Part shown: positions 39,056-51,276 of the stretch, one piece after another
How the letters are laid out: every line of letters starts with the position of its first letter
Position numbering within the stretch: position 1 is the first letter of the stretch
Assembly: GCA_023920165.1 (NCBI GenBank)
Contig: CP089276.1
Span: forward strand, 3,100,001 to 3,164,000
DNA from: Curvularia clavata
Lineage: Eukaryota
DNA: 64,000 bases
Direction: 5' to 3'
Notes under the pieces: model-generated
What the model was told of the DNA's origin: nothing
The model's database searches: none
The model's input: only the letters and a program-made list of their open reading frames with translations
Program-made: the position numbers and the translations under genes

Positions 39056-40659
39056 ATGGTGCTGCTAGGCGCAAAGAAGCCACCGTCCCGCAAGGGTATG
39101 TTCGACAATGGTTATCACAAAGATTGAGGGAGTAACAACTGTGCCAGGCTCCATGGCGGACATGCCCCGGGATCTCAAGGAACAAATCGACAAACTGGAA
39201 GAGCAGTTTGTTGTTACCACAGACAAGCTAAAGCACATCTCCGACCACTTTGTCAAAGAGCTTGAGAAGGGACTTTCGGAGCAAGGCGGAAGCATTGTGA
39301 GTTGTAGCTCGCTCAGCGGCATTGACAAGCGGACACTGACACGGATAGCCCATGATTCCTACATGGTGCATGGCCTTCCCTGATGGCAACGAGACCGGCT
39401 CCTATCTTGCGCTCGACATGGGTGGCACGAACTTGCGTGTCTGTGAAGTCACCCTGACTGAAGAGAAGGGCGAGTTTGAGATCATACAGTCCAAGTACCG
39501 CATGCCCGAAGAGCTCAAGACTGGAACTGCTGAAGAGCTATGGGGCTATGTTGCCGACTGCCTGCAGCAGTTCATCGAGTACCACCACGAGGGCGAGCAG
39601 CTCGCGGATCTGCCCCTCGGATTCACCTTCTCCTACCCCGTTTCGCAAGACGCCATTGACCACGGTGTCCTTCAACGGTGGACAAAGGGCTTCGATGTAC
39701 AAGGCGTGGAAGGTGTAGATGTTGTGCCTGGATTCAAGGCGGCACTGGAAGAGCGCGGCGTGCCTATCAAGCTCGCTGCGCTGGTCAACGACACCACCGG
39801 TACCATGATTGCGTCAGCATACACTGATACCTCTATCAAGATTGGCTGCATCTTCGGCACAGGCTGCAATGCTGCCTACATGGAGGAATGCGGTGCCATT
39901 CCCAAGTTGAAGCACATGAACCTAGACCCAAAACTGCCCATGGCCATCAACTGCGAATGGGGTGCCTTTGATAACGAGCACCAAGTTCTGCCAAGGACAA
40001 AATACGACGTCATCATTGACAAGGAATCACCTCGGCCAGGCCAGCAGACTTTCGAGAAGATGGTCGCAGGTCTGTATCTTGGCGAGATCTTCCGTCTAGT
40101 TCTTCTCGACCTTCACAAGGGTTCTGAATGTAGCATGTTTGAGGGTCAGAACACCAGCAAACTCGACAAGCCATACTCGCTCGACGCTGGTTTCCTCTCG
40201 CAGATTGAAGAGGACCGCTTTGAGAACTTGCAGGATACCGCCGATCTGTTCCAGGAACAACTTGGCATCACCTGTACCAAGCCTGAACTCGAGCTCATCC
40301 GCCGCCTCGCCGAGCTCATCGGTACCCGAGCTGCTCGCCTGACTGCCTGCGGTGTCTCCGCCATCTGCAAGCACAAGAACTGGAGCGAGGTGCACGTTGG
40401 TGCGGACGGCTCCGTGTTCAGCAAGTACCCTCACTTCAAGATCCGCCAGGCTCAAGCGCTGAAGGAGATCATGGACTGGCCTGCTAAGTACGGCAAGGGC
40501 AAGAACGACCCAATTGAAGTCCTGCCTGCTGAGGATGGTTCCGGTGTCGGTGCTGCATTGATTGCGGCGCTTACTGTCAAGCGTGCGCAAGAGGGACAGT
40601 TGGCTGGTATCCAGGATCAAGAAGCGCTGCTTGCTATGGGAAAGAGGAGCAAGAAATAA
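39056..40659 (+). CDS. HXK2: Hexokinase
   Basis: N-terminus KKPPSRKGSMAD like yeast Hxk2; LALDMGGTNLRV, LGFTFSYP, WTKGF, VNDTTGT, INCEWGAFD, EDGSGVGAA. Introns 39096-39147 and 39297-39348. Confidence 0.96.
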
Positions 40660-42065
40660 TTGTTGAATTGGGAAATGTCTGATATATAGCGAATTTATTC
40701 ACTTGGATATTGTGGAGATACTGCTAGAGTATGCATGCACTTATGTCACCAGAAAACGAGAATAACTCTTATAAAATCTTTCTCCTCTAGAAGAGCCGAG
40801 ACTATAGCTTAGCTTCTACTAGGACGTATAGAAGCTGGTAAGCTAACAATTGTCAAGTACCTGAAGTAACCCGAAAAATACCGCCGCGCTGCTCCTCTCT
40901 CTTCATGAAATTTTGCAAGCGGCCTTATCACATGGAGACCCCATGCAAATAGGTATGGAGCACCCAGCGTGCGGGTGTGGAGTATCCAGCGTGGGCAGAG
41001 GTAGGGTCAAGGGTCACTAAGACTAAAGGAGAGGTAGGAGTAGATTACGTAGTCTTTGGATTAGAGTAGGGGTGCGTTACTTGGCATGTAGGTAGGTCAT
41101 GATTCAGGTAGACTAGAGTTAGATATCATATGATTATAGTCTAACCCTGACTTTGCAGATCTTGGCTCTCTTCGCTCCTACCTCTACTCAAACTCCGATA
41201 AACTAATCGATATTTACAATGTAAAGTATATACATGTCTAGATTACTTCTACTTTCTGGAGCCTTTATCGTGGGTTTGAGTAGAAAGCGGGTCTAGTTGA
41301 GTCGATTAAGAAAATCATGGCTGAAGAATGCAGTTTCCTTTTGTAAAGGTAGGCAGGGAAGGGAAGTTCATGTACACGGATACCATTTTCCCACCCCATT
41401 AGCTTACTGTGAGCTAGATAGTACATAATCCCGTGCAGAGAGCTACTCTTATCTACTCAGGTAAGTTTGAGATGCTTTAGATCCTATCAAGTGCAAAGCT
41501 GATTCAAATCATGGTGTAGTGATACAATGTCAACAAAAATTAGAGTTCGCGGTTTAGGAAGATATACGCCTACATCATTTTGATTGGATATGGCCAGAAG
41601 TATTATCTACCTGATCGTCGGCGTTTCATGATCCAAGATAGCACAACCTAGTACCAAGACCTCTTTCTATGTTGATTCTGCTTAGCTCTTACGCCAAGTG
41701 AACCTCATATAGACTGACAATTGGGTAGAGGTAGGGGTGGACAAAAGTCACCGAGATTTAGGTGGGGATAGGTTAGGGGCTACTAGAAGCTGCCAAGACT
41801 TGGTTTAAGGTAGGGTCAGGGTTGTTAAGACTTGGTCTTATTGTGTTTTCGCCGAAGGTGACCCGGTACGTTCTGCATGCAGAGACAGCCAAGTAACCCA
41901 CCTCTACTTCTCTAACCTTGACGCGTGTATCAACATATAAGCGTCTATCGCCAACGGGCATTAAATTCAATGATTTATAGATTGCTGTGTTCAAAACGCC
42001 GCCATTTCTTACATCACCTAAGCTCAACAAATAGCACCATTCTGCCAACTAGAAATTTAGTCAGA

Positions 42066-43102
42066 ATGGGCAATCAACTGAGCGTGTTTTTTCCTCCAGC
42101 GCCTTCATTTACCGAAGCTTCGCTGCCAGACCTCAGAAACAAAGTTTATATTGTGACCGGCGCTTCCGCTGGCGTGGGAAAAGAGCTCAGTCGACTTCTC
42201 TATTCCCGCAACGGGACCGTATACCTGACCGCACGCTCCTTTGAAAAGGCAAAAGCAGCCATTGCCTGGATCAAAGAGCAACACCCATCGTCCCAAGGCA
42301 AACTATCCTACCTATATCTTGAACTGAACGATCTCGAAGGCATCAAGACGTCTGCAGCAACCTTTCTCGCACAGGAAAGCCGCCTCGATGTCCTTTTCAA
42401 CAATGCAGGCATCATGGGTACACCCAAAGGGGGAAAGACAAAACAAGGATACGAGGAGCATCTTGGCGTCAACTGTGTTGCACCATTCTTATTTACCAAG
42501 TTGCTTACCCCGTTGCTTCGCGCGACAGCCGAGAAAGAGGAAAAGAAGGGAAGTGTGCGAGTAGTCTGGGTATCGAGCATGGCGGCGTTCTTAGCAGCGC
42601 CAAGCGGAGGCATCGATATGCGAAATCTAGACTATAAGAAAGATGCTTGGCAGACTGCTAAATATGGCATTAGCAAAGGTGGGAATATTCTGCATGCATT
42701 GGAGTACCGGCGGCGGTACGGAGGCGATGGCATAGTCAGTATAGTATGTTTGTCCCTTCCAACCTCCTTACTTTTCCCTTGATACTTTGCTTTCATTGTT
42801 GTGACTAATGTTCTCCGTTCCAGACACTTCATCCTGGAAATCTAGACTCTGAGCTCTCTCGTCACCTCTCATCGTGGCAGTATCTCATGGCCAAGGCTCT
42901 CTTGTATCCACCTGTGTACGGCGCGTATACGGAGCTTTTCGCGGGCTTGGCGCCTGAGGGAGCGACGCTCAAAGAGAGCGAGTGGGTTTTACCTTGGGGA
43001 CGCGTGGTGAAGTTGAGGAAGGATTTTTATTCTGATAAGGGCAAAGACAATGCGAAGGCGTTTTGGGAGTGGAGTGAGAAGCAGGTCGAGCGGTTCACTT
43101 GA
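42066..43102 (+). CDS. Short-chain dehydrogenase/reductase (retinol-dehydrogenase-like)
   Basis: VTGASAGVG, LFNNAG, VVWVSS, YGISK, intron 42744-42823 then LHPGN; N-terminal MGNQLS (possible myristoylation). Confidence 0.92.
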
Positions 43103-43121
43103 AATGTTTAACGACAGTTTT

Positions 43122-43355
43122 TTACATCACTTTCCTGCATTTCTTCTTGGGGAGAACACCATTGCAAGGTAAAAGGTCCTTTATTTCTCTTCCTTCGGCA
43201 CAGCCCATGAAACAAGGGTTGTCCGGATTATGTTCAGTGCTGGACGATGCATAACTAGCGGAGGTTCGGCTATCGCGTTTGATAGATTCTCTTTCTGGTA
43301 ACGCAGATGCGAAAGCGGCGAGTACCGTGAGAGTAGTAAAGGCGACAAACTTCAT
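43122..43355 (-). CDS. Small secreted cysteine-containing protein (77 aa), effector/peptide candidate
   Basis: Signal peptide MKFVAFTTLTVLAAFASA, pro-segment LPERESIKR (Kex2-type KR), 50-aa mature part with 4 Cys. Confidence 0.65.
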   Translation of the reverse strand: MKFVAFTTLTVLAAFASALPERESIKRDSRTSASYASSSTEHNPDNPCFMGCAEGREIKDLLPCNGVLPKKKCRKVM

Positions 43356-43899
43356 GGCTAGTGTGTAAAAGATCGAATGTGTGTTCATGGAGGAAAAGGT
43401 AGAGGTTCGATGGTATACAGCAGGGAAGTTAGCAGAATAATTACGATTGAAGAAAGAGTCGATCTGAATATGACTGTGATGTGAGATGATTTGATACCCA
43501 TTCTGGCTTTTGTACAGTCCTAGTATTGACATTGGCAAGTCTATTCGCACCATGTATACTTAAAACAACGATACTTGCCTTACCCAGAGTCAATTAAAGG
43601 TTTTAACAAACGAAGTACCATTACTACTTCCCAACATCTTAGCTCGGGTGCACTGATATATAAGCAACTAAGGTCTTGACGGCAAAGAGTGCGATTAATT
43701 TCAGCCTTGTTTGACAGGATGGATTGTAGGAGCTGACGAATAAAGTTCAAAATAGATCTTACATATGCAATGCTGCATGAGCGAGAGCGAGAGTCAGGAA
43801 CGAAGGAAAAGTTAGGTATTCGAATCGTCACGGAGTTATCGTCTCAACCTCAGGCAGCTCAGCCAAGGCATTAGAATGTATTCAGTTACGGAACCGAAG

Positions 43900-45156
43900 C
43901 TAGAAGATCGCGACGGCATTTGGTGGACTAGCCACACCACCTGGGACCTATAAACCGTTATAGTCAGCTTTGCGTCTTCTGTTACTTTATTTCTTCCATT
44001 CAACATCCTCGCGCAGCCTTTACCACCCAAGTAACAGAGAAAGGAAAAAAAGTCCACATACCTTCAGCGGCACACTACTCACAAAGCATGTGCTCCTCCT
44101 CAACTCTACACTCTTCTCACACAGTGCTTCCAAATCCCACATTTCGCCAATCATCACGCCCCAACCACCAAGCAGCCACTGATGTAGCAATCCACCACCT
44201 TGCATCTCTTTTTCCCAAGACTCGTTGGCCCATATGCCGCCGGGGGCATTGTGCGGGCCTACTAAAGGCGACATTTCGAATGAAGGAGCATCGGATGCTG
44301 TAATTTGGTTAAATAACATGAAAAACAAAAACTTCAAGATGAGGAAAGGAGGTGAAAAAAAACCTAGATTGAAGCGAAGAGATAACAAATGTAAGTCAGA
44401 AAAGCTCTTACCAACAGCCGCGAACCCACTTTCCCAAATCCACTGTAAACTCTGCTTATCTGATTGAACGCCCAGGAAATTTGGTGGCTTTTCCTTGAGC
44501 GCTTTACGTTCTTCATCACTGAGCTTCATGTAGTCCTGTGTAAACCCTGTTCTAAGTAGAAGCAAGTCTCCGTCTCTTGGCTGAACTTTAGCATCTTTCA
44601 ACATATCCTTTAACACGTCTGCAGTGATGCTGTTCGCCTCTAGAGCATTGACTTTCTTTTCACCTCTCTTCTCGAGATAACGCGGATAGTCTAGGATAAT
44701 GCCTCTGGTGGTGATACCGCCGGAGTTGGCTACACGATCGATGCCAATGACTTCTGAAGACTCAATGTCTTGCTGTGAGCGTCCGCCGTAGTATTTCTTT
44801 GCGCTCTGGTATCCGTAGTGCCGGAAGCCGTCCCACTGGCTACTTCCCTGCGTATTAAAATCCAAATGATCGTCGTTCACGGTTCGTTTCGTCCCATCTG
44901 GGTGCACCTTGTTTTTCATCTCCCAGGAGAATGATGGTCGGTTGAAGGATGGGTAGGATGGTAGGTTGAGGTACCAGTCCAGAGACACGCGGTCGCCGGT
45001 TTGGATTTCTTGACCGGCGGCTTTGACGACAGAAGGAGTGATCATGTTGAGGGCGCCGAGCTCATCGTTGTCACCGTAGAGACCCCATGCATTTCCTGGA
45101 GGACCGCTTTTGTCAAGCGGAAGCTCTGTGAAGGGAGGCCGAGATGGTGGCGCCAT
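43900..45156 (-). CDS. Putative cyclase / kynurenine formamidase-like metal hydrolase
   Basis: NAWGLYGDNDELGALN, FNTQGSSQWDGFRHY, GDLLLLRTG, LHQWLLGGWGVMIGEMWDLE, VPGGVASPPNAVAIF. Introns 44298-44411 and 43948-44061. Confidence 0.92.
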
Positions 45157-45576
45157 GGGGGATGTAAAAGGCTAGTCTTCTCCTAGAATTTCCTAGTCGA
45201 GCACACAAGTCAAAGTCCAGATGACTTGTGATTTGCTTTCCAGTGAGAGGACTAGGCAGAAGATATTATGTTTTATTATGTACCCAACACCGAGGTACAT
45301 GCAAAGCCGTGTGACTTGTAGTGGGGTAAAGGGCGGGGTAGCGGCCGACTATTATTACTACTCGGTATTTGAGCCGATCCTGATGCATTGCAGAGATAAC
45401 AATGTTGCCCTGATACTAGGCGTAACATTCCGAAAGTATAGGCCAAGAGTTCCGGAACTCGGTTGTCTTGGCAGCCGTGAGAACAACTCTCGCGGTATCC
45501 ATGCACAGGATCTCTGCAATCTATGCGCTTTCGACATGACTGCCATTCATCTAATCAACGTACAATATCGGGACTT

Positions 45577-47645
45577 TTAGAAATCGGGACCCATTCCTAC
45601 ACCAGTCCCTCTTGAGCCTGTGTTCTTCAGATGGGCACCGCTGCCCTTGAACAAGCTTTGCCAGATGAAGGCTTCGCTCAATAACAACTCAATGTCCTTC
45701 TCGGTCCATTGACGAGTTGGCAATGACTGCAAAAACATCATGATTTCCTGGAAATCCATCTTGCGAAGCTGGTCTGACCATTTTACAAGGAAGGCAGCAC
45801 ACACATAGAGATGGAAAGATGAAAACCCATCTTCTTCAGCCTAGTAGGCGTCAGCTATATTTCTCATATTAGATTCAGAAACACTTACCAGATAGGTATC
45901 CCACATGCGTATTGTGTTCTTTACAGATATTTCACGCATCAGCAAGCAGTTCATCCAACGGAAACTGAATTGGATGAACTCGACGCCTTCGTTTTGGAGA
46001 TGCTTTGCCAATCCGTCGTCGATACGTGTAGTGAGATCTCTTAGGTCTGACACCTGCCTCTGAATTCCTGGTTGGTGGGCGATGTAGTTGTCCTGTATTC
46101 CATCAAGCAGCTTGGTCAAACACCAGAATGAATCGGCTTCAACGGCGTCGAGAACTTGCTTTGGCAGCTGCCCAGGGTCCATGCCGAATTCTATATCAGG
46201 ATCTGAGATGTAGGCGCCAAGGAAGACCTGCCAGAATGGGGTGACCAGGTCGTTGATACCTTGGACATAGCCAGAGGCAGGGTGCCGTATGGCCCAAACG
46301 TATAATATACGTTCGAGCGACCGCTGTGTTGCTTCGTAGCTGTAAAGTTCGAGGTGTGGATTTGTCCGGGGCACGTCAATGCTGATCTGATGCCATATCG
46401 CTTCGTCCAGTCCTCGCCCTCGCCCTCGGTTTGTTGCAGGGTATGATGCGCCGCCAGCCATGCCAGATGCGACAGCGCCGGCACTGCCAGACGTTCCTCG
46501 CTCGAAAGCCTGTCTCACTCCCTCGAGGTATTCCTTCCTTTTTCGCTCGAGCGTAGCGACCCTTCTTTCGCTGCTAGTAGGAAGATATCCCAACAATACC
46601 TGCCAGGTCATGGCGCGCACCTCAGATGGTACCCCTGACCACGCTGAATCACGCAAGTCTGAAAGCGAAATGGTGCTGGCTTGGAGGATCCGTTTGAACT
46701 TGTTGATTCTTGTTGTTCGCGCCGAGTGCTCTTCGATTTGCTTAGCTGATGCATTTGGATCTATGGCGGGGTGTGAGATGAGATGCAGAGAGTTTGCAGG
46801 GTCGCGTAGGATTTCTTGATATTGCGGTCGCAGTATTTTCCCTTCTGTCTTCTTGGCAGTTGGGTAGCTGGGTATGCCTCGTTCTTCGGCTATGTCACCA
46901 CTGTCTATCGCTCGCCATGCGGTCGAACCCAGACTTGCCCTGGTACCGCCTGGGTCTTTTGGCTTTGTTGGCTGTTTCCGGCGGTCCTTTCTCCGCACAT
47001 TTGCAATACTCGGTAGGCCAAACTCGTCCTCGTCATCTTCAAACATGTTGTCTGTGTCGTCATGGTCAACGCCATGATTCCAATCCGACTCTGTATCGTT
47101 AAGAAAATAGCTGTACGTTGGGCGCGCGGGGCGGGGTGATGTGGTCTTGCTCGATCGACTGGGAGCAATGCTCGATTCACGACTATGTGTGGCCGAGGGC
47201 GGGGTGCGAGGCCGTGACGTCGACCCAGAGACGCTCCTTAAGGATCATTTTAGAACAGACAGCTTAAGCCAGTGGCAGCAAAACGTACAGTGCGTTGAAG
47301 TTCAGTATGTCGGCATGGGAGTAGGATGCGCCAATGACCTTCTTGCCTGGGGGAGAGGTAGCCGTGTTGGATGTCGTCCGCCAGAAGGGAGAGGCAGAGC
47401 TGCGCAAGCAATGTCAGTATCCGCGGCGTGGGTGCGACTCGAGCAGGGCAACGTACGAGGAGCGGTCTGTGTGCAGGGAAGCGACGTGTTAGCTACCCCG
47501 GATATCGTGATCAATGTACGCTTGGTGGTTTGGATGGACACGAACCGACCTGCACCATTTCCTAGGAACGTGTCAGCAAAACAGTTGTTGTTTGCGCATT
47601 CACGGGTGAAGAAAGACAAACCTGCTGCTGCTTCTTGGACGCCAT
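45577..47645 (-). CDS. GYP1: Rab/Ypt GTPase-activating protein (TBC domain)
   Basis: WSGVPSEVRAMTWQVLLGYLP, QISIDVPRT, GYVQGINDL, EADSFWCL, FSFRWMNCLLMRE. 5' micro-exons give MASKKQQQ-EMVQVDRSSSASPFWR; last intron 45841-45888. Confidence 0.93.
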
Positions 47646-48064
47646 GGCCGAATGGGTTTGTAGAGATTGTGTCTCGACAACGCCCCGCTGCGAGGCCCCG
47701 AGCTTCAAGTCGCCCGACCACGGCGGTGCTGCTCGCGCACCGTCCATCCATCGCGCCTGCCACGCCAAGCTCCGCCCACACTAGCGCGACTGCCCGTTGC
47801 TTCTCCTCTCCCAACCTCAGGCAGTCTCTTCTCCCCTCACTCCAGCTTCACCGCCGCTTCTCGCGTCAATCCATTGAACTAACAGACTACGGCTTTGCTT
47901 TCACGCGTTTCTGCAACCCGACTTTTGTCCAGGTTTTTCTTCTCGGGCTGAAGCTTCTGATTAAAGCACAGTGCTGGGTACTCACCTGTTAGGGGCTACC
48001 TTTCTCAAGGTCATTTTCTGGCTCTGCTCCTTGATCGCGTACAGCTGTAATTCACACATTCAAA

Positions 48065-51000
48065 ATGGCCGACGAGAACTATGAAGATGATATCTTCGAC
48101 GATCTGTAAGTGATCGATCTGGATGCGCCGCGCTCAGCCATGCAGCGACACTTTACTGCTCATTGCTAACCGCCACGCAGTTATGACGACGAGCCCACGT
48201 CTCAGCAAGCCCCAGCGGCATCAGCGCCAGCGCCAAAGACCGAACCAGAGCCAGCAGCGACCGAACTTACAAGCGCGCCACCCCAGGACACTACTCAAAG
48301 CCACGGCCAAGATGCGGAATCACCTTGGCCAGCCCAACACGGTGCAGCAGGCGAGGATACTCACATGGATCAGTCTGGTCCCAATGCAGGAGCGGAGCAG
48401 TCTTTTGACAATGCGCCTGCGGAAGATGACAACTATGGCCCCATCAACGTGAAAGAAGACGGGTAAGTCGTGTATGCTTGATATCATGTTAATAATCCAG
48501 AGGCGCATCACAAGGTAAACTCGTATTCACAAAGCACAAACATGTGCATCACCGAACGCATACCCTTGCAAGGATCAAACCTATAATCCAACGTATGAGG
48601 AGTAGTATTAGAGCATCAGGCGGCACCAGAAAGGGTACCTCTATTGCTTGATCAGTCTGGGCGCATGATTATGGAACATGCGCTGGACATTTTCATGCAC
48701 ATGTGTCGCCTGAGAGCGCCTTGGTTCATGACTGGCCAGTCTGGTGTGAAGGCTCAGGAGTTGGCAAAAATTTGCAGTCCACGTCGCCCATTTGGCGAGG
48801 CGCTCTAAATATGGCAGATGAGGCCGCCAAGTTTGAATGTTGGAAGAAGCTGGAAGACACGGGTCAACGGCTCTGCGATACTCAGATCAACTATCAACGC
48901 GCCTTTCGCGAGGACTATCGTGGCTTGCCCGAACTTTGGCAGCGCCCCATGTCGATATATACCTAGGTACTTGATAGCGCGTACCAGCAACGCAAGCAGA
49001 GGATAGCTACCGAGTTGTAAGAAAGTCCGTTCGGACGTCTGCACTCGAATCCATAGCAAAACACAGACGCTTCATCCGAATCATACTGTGCCTTTGCAGG
49101 GCTACTTTTGAACCTCGAAACATCGATCTTGAGTACGTGGCGTGCGTTGCTAGTCTGCATGATTAGTCTACGCCACAAGGTGTCGACATGGTGGGATTGA
49201 GATGCGGCGTAGAGGCATGGGTTCGCTTATGTGCTGTACTTGGTCAACACCACAACCAACCAACATCGAAACAGCAAGGGTGTGCGAATGCCAAGTACCT
49301 AATTCACCGACACAACTTGTTCTAGAGTACAGTGGTACCATGAGCTTGTCTTTTCGGAATTACCATCGCAACCGACGGATATTTTCATCCGAACTGGTCC
49401 ATACCTTCGGCCACCAAGGGTACATGGTAGCCTGGCAACTCCGGTGAACCCCAAATCGCATCCGAAACTACGCATCTCAATCCGTCCGATGCGCCCAAAG
49501 CCTCATCGTATACCCACCCTGGATATCGGCTACAGTTTTACGGTTGAATGACTTGGTGTAATCAAGTCAGGGCGACCACTCTGTACCTCTTCGACATTGG
49601 AATACGGTGGAATGTCGTATTCACTGCTCACTGATCTGGAGCGGCCCTGGATACCTATTATCGACAGCCTGTGATGCGCCTCTGCGACCTTCTTTTTGCT
49701 TTTATTCGTTAATACAATGGCAACATACTGACATCAACGATAGCAAGATGTTCATCGGTGGTCTGAACTGGGAGACTACTGAAGGTATGTGTATTCATTT
49801 TACTGCAAGAAGAGATTTCCAGTCTGTACTTTCCCGAGCTGTTGCTTCTGGACCTTGCGCATATTGTTATACTTTAGTATACTGGAGTTTTACTAATTCG
49901 ACACACAGATTCCCTTAAAGGTTACTTTTCACAATTCGGCGAAGTCAGCGAGTGCACAGTCATGCGCGACTCTGCAACTGGACGATCCCGAGGCTTTGGT
50001 TTCCTCACCTTCAAGGATCCCAAGTGCGTCAACATTGTCATGGTCAAGGAGCACTATCTTGACGGCAAGATTGTATGTTGGATACCGTTTCAAATGGAAG
50101 TCATATACTTACGGCTATCAGATTGACCCGAAGCGAGCCATTCCCCGTGAAGAACAAGAGCGAACTAGCAAGATCTTCGTCGGAGGCGTTAGCCAAGAAG
50201 CGACAGAGGAAGACTTTACAAACTTCTTCAAGCAATTCGGTCGTGTGGTCGATGCCACGCTCATGATGGACAAGGAGACAGGTCGCCCTCGAGGCTTCGG
50301 TTTTGTTACCTTTGATGGCGATGCCGCAGTCGATGCCACACTACGCGGTCCTCTTCAAATTCTCGGCAAGCCAATCGAAGTCAAGCGTGCACAGCCTCGC
50401 GGCAACATGCGTGACGATGACAACGATGGAAACAAGAAGTTCGGTCGTGGCAACAAGTTCAATAAGTTCAATGACGGCGGAAATGGTGGTCAAGGTGGAA
50501 ACGGTTACGAGAACGGCGGAAATATGCAAACACAAGGCGGTAACACTGCCATGTCTCCAGCCATGATGGCTCAATACTGGCAGCGAATGCAGCAATACTT
50601 CCAATCTATGCAGCAAACGCTCGCTCAACAGCAGGCCAACGGTGGCATGGCAGGCAATCCTATGGGTGGCATGGGTGGTATGAACCCGATGCAGATGCAG
50701 CAGATGCAACAACAGATGATGAACCAGGGCATGAACCGCGGCACCGGCTCACCAAACCCCCAGATGATGGGAGGCATGGGCGGTATGAACCCTATGCAAA
50801 TGCAGCAAATGCAAATGCAACAAATGCAAGGCGGCGGCGGCGGCGGACCCGGAGGACCAGGCGGAATGAACCCTCAAGGTGGCCAAAACGCCGGTCCACG
50901 TCCCGCATACACCGCACAAGACCAGCTCGCCTTCGAGCAGCAAAAGTACGAACAGCAGCAAGCACGTCGGCAGCAGCAACTCTCCGGTCCTGGCGGCTGG

Positions 51001-51276
51001 GGCGCGGCACAAGGCAGCGGCCCAGCTAGTTGGGACGGCATGTACGACGATGCTCCTCCGCCAAATGTCCCTTCTGGACCCAGCGGCGGCCGTGGAGGCG
51101 GCTTCAGAAATAACAGGTCTCGTCAGGGCTCCAGCCAGCCTCCTGGCGGCCAGGCTCCTATCAACGCGCCCACTGGTCCTAAGAATGCAGGTGTCAGGGG
51201 TGCGAACTACCGCGGCGGAGGTCACCGTGGAGGCGGTGGCTTCAGGCACCAGCCTTATGGAGGTCGCGGTGGATAA
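48065..51276 (+). CDS. HRP1: hnRNP A/B-like two-RRM protein Hrp1/Nab4 (cleavage factor IB)
   Basis: KMFIGGLNWETT, RSRGFGFLTF, IDPKRAIPREEQERTSKIFVGG, G/Q/M-rich tail, C-terminal R..QPY (PY-NLS-like). Introns 48106-48180, 48463-49743, 49785-49908, 50073-50121. Confidence 0.92.
50662..50814 (+). repeat. Internal duplication encoding MGGMGGMNPMQMQQMQ twice in the Hrp1 low-complexity domain
   Basis: 48-nt units at 50662 and 50767 differ only at synonymous positions. Confidence 0.8.

Noticed and set aside
47141..47992. 283-aa plus-strand ORF
   Set aside because: Overlaps GYP1 5' exons/introns and the GC-rich divergent promoter; composition not protein-like.
48540..48760. TPP riboswitch in the HRP1 intron (CTGAGA and ATACCC words)
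   Set aside because: Motifs are in the wrong order and spacing, the rest of the aptamer is missing, and the host gene is unrelated to thiamine.
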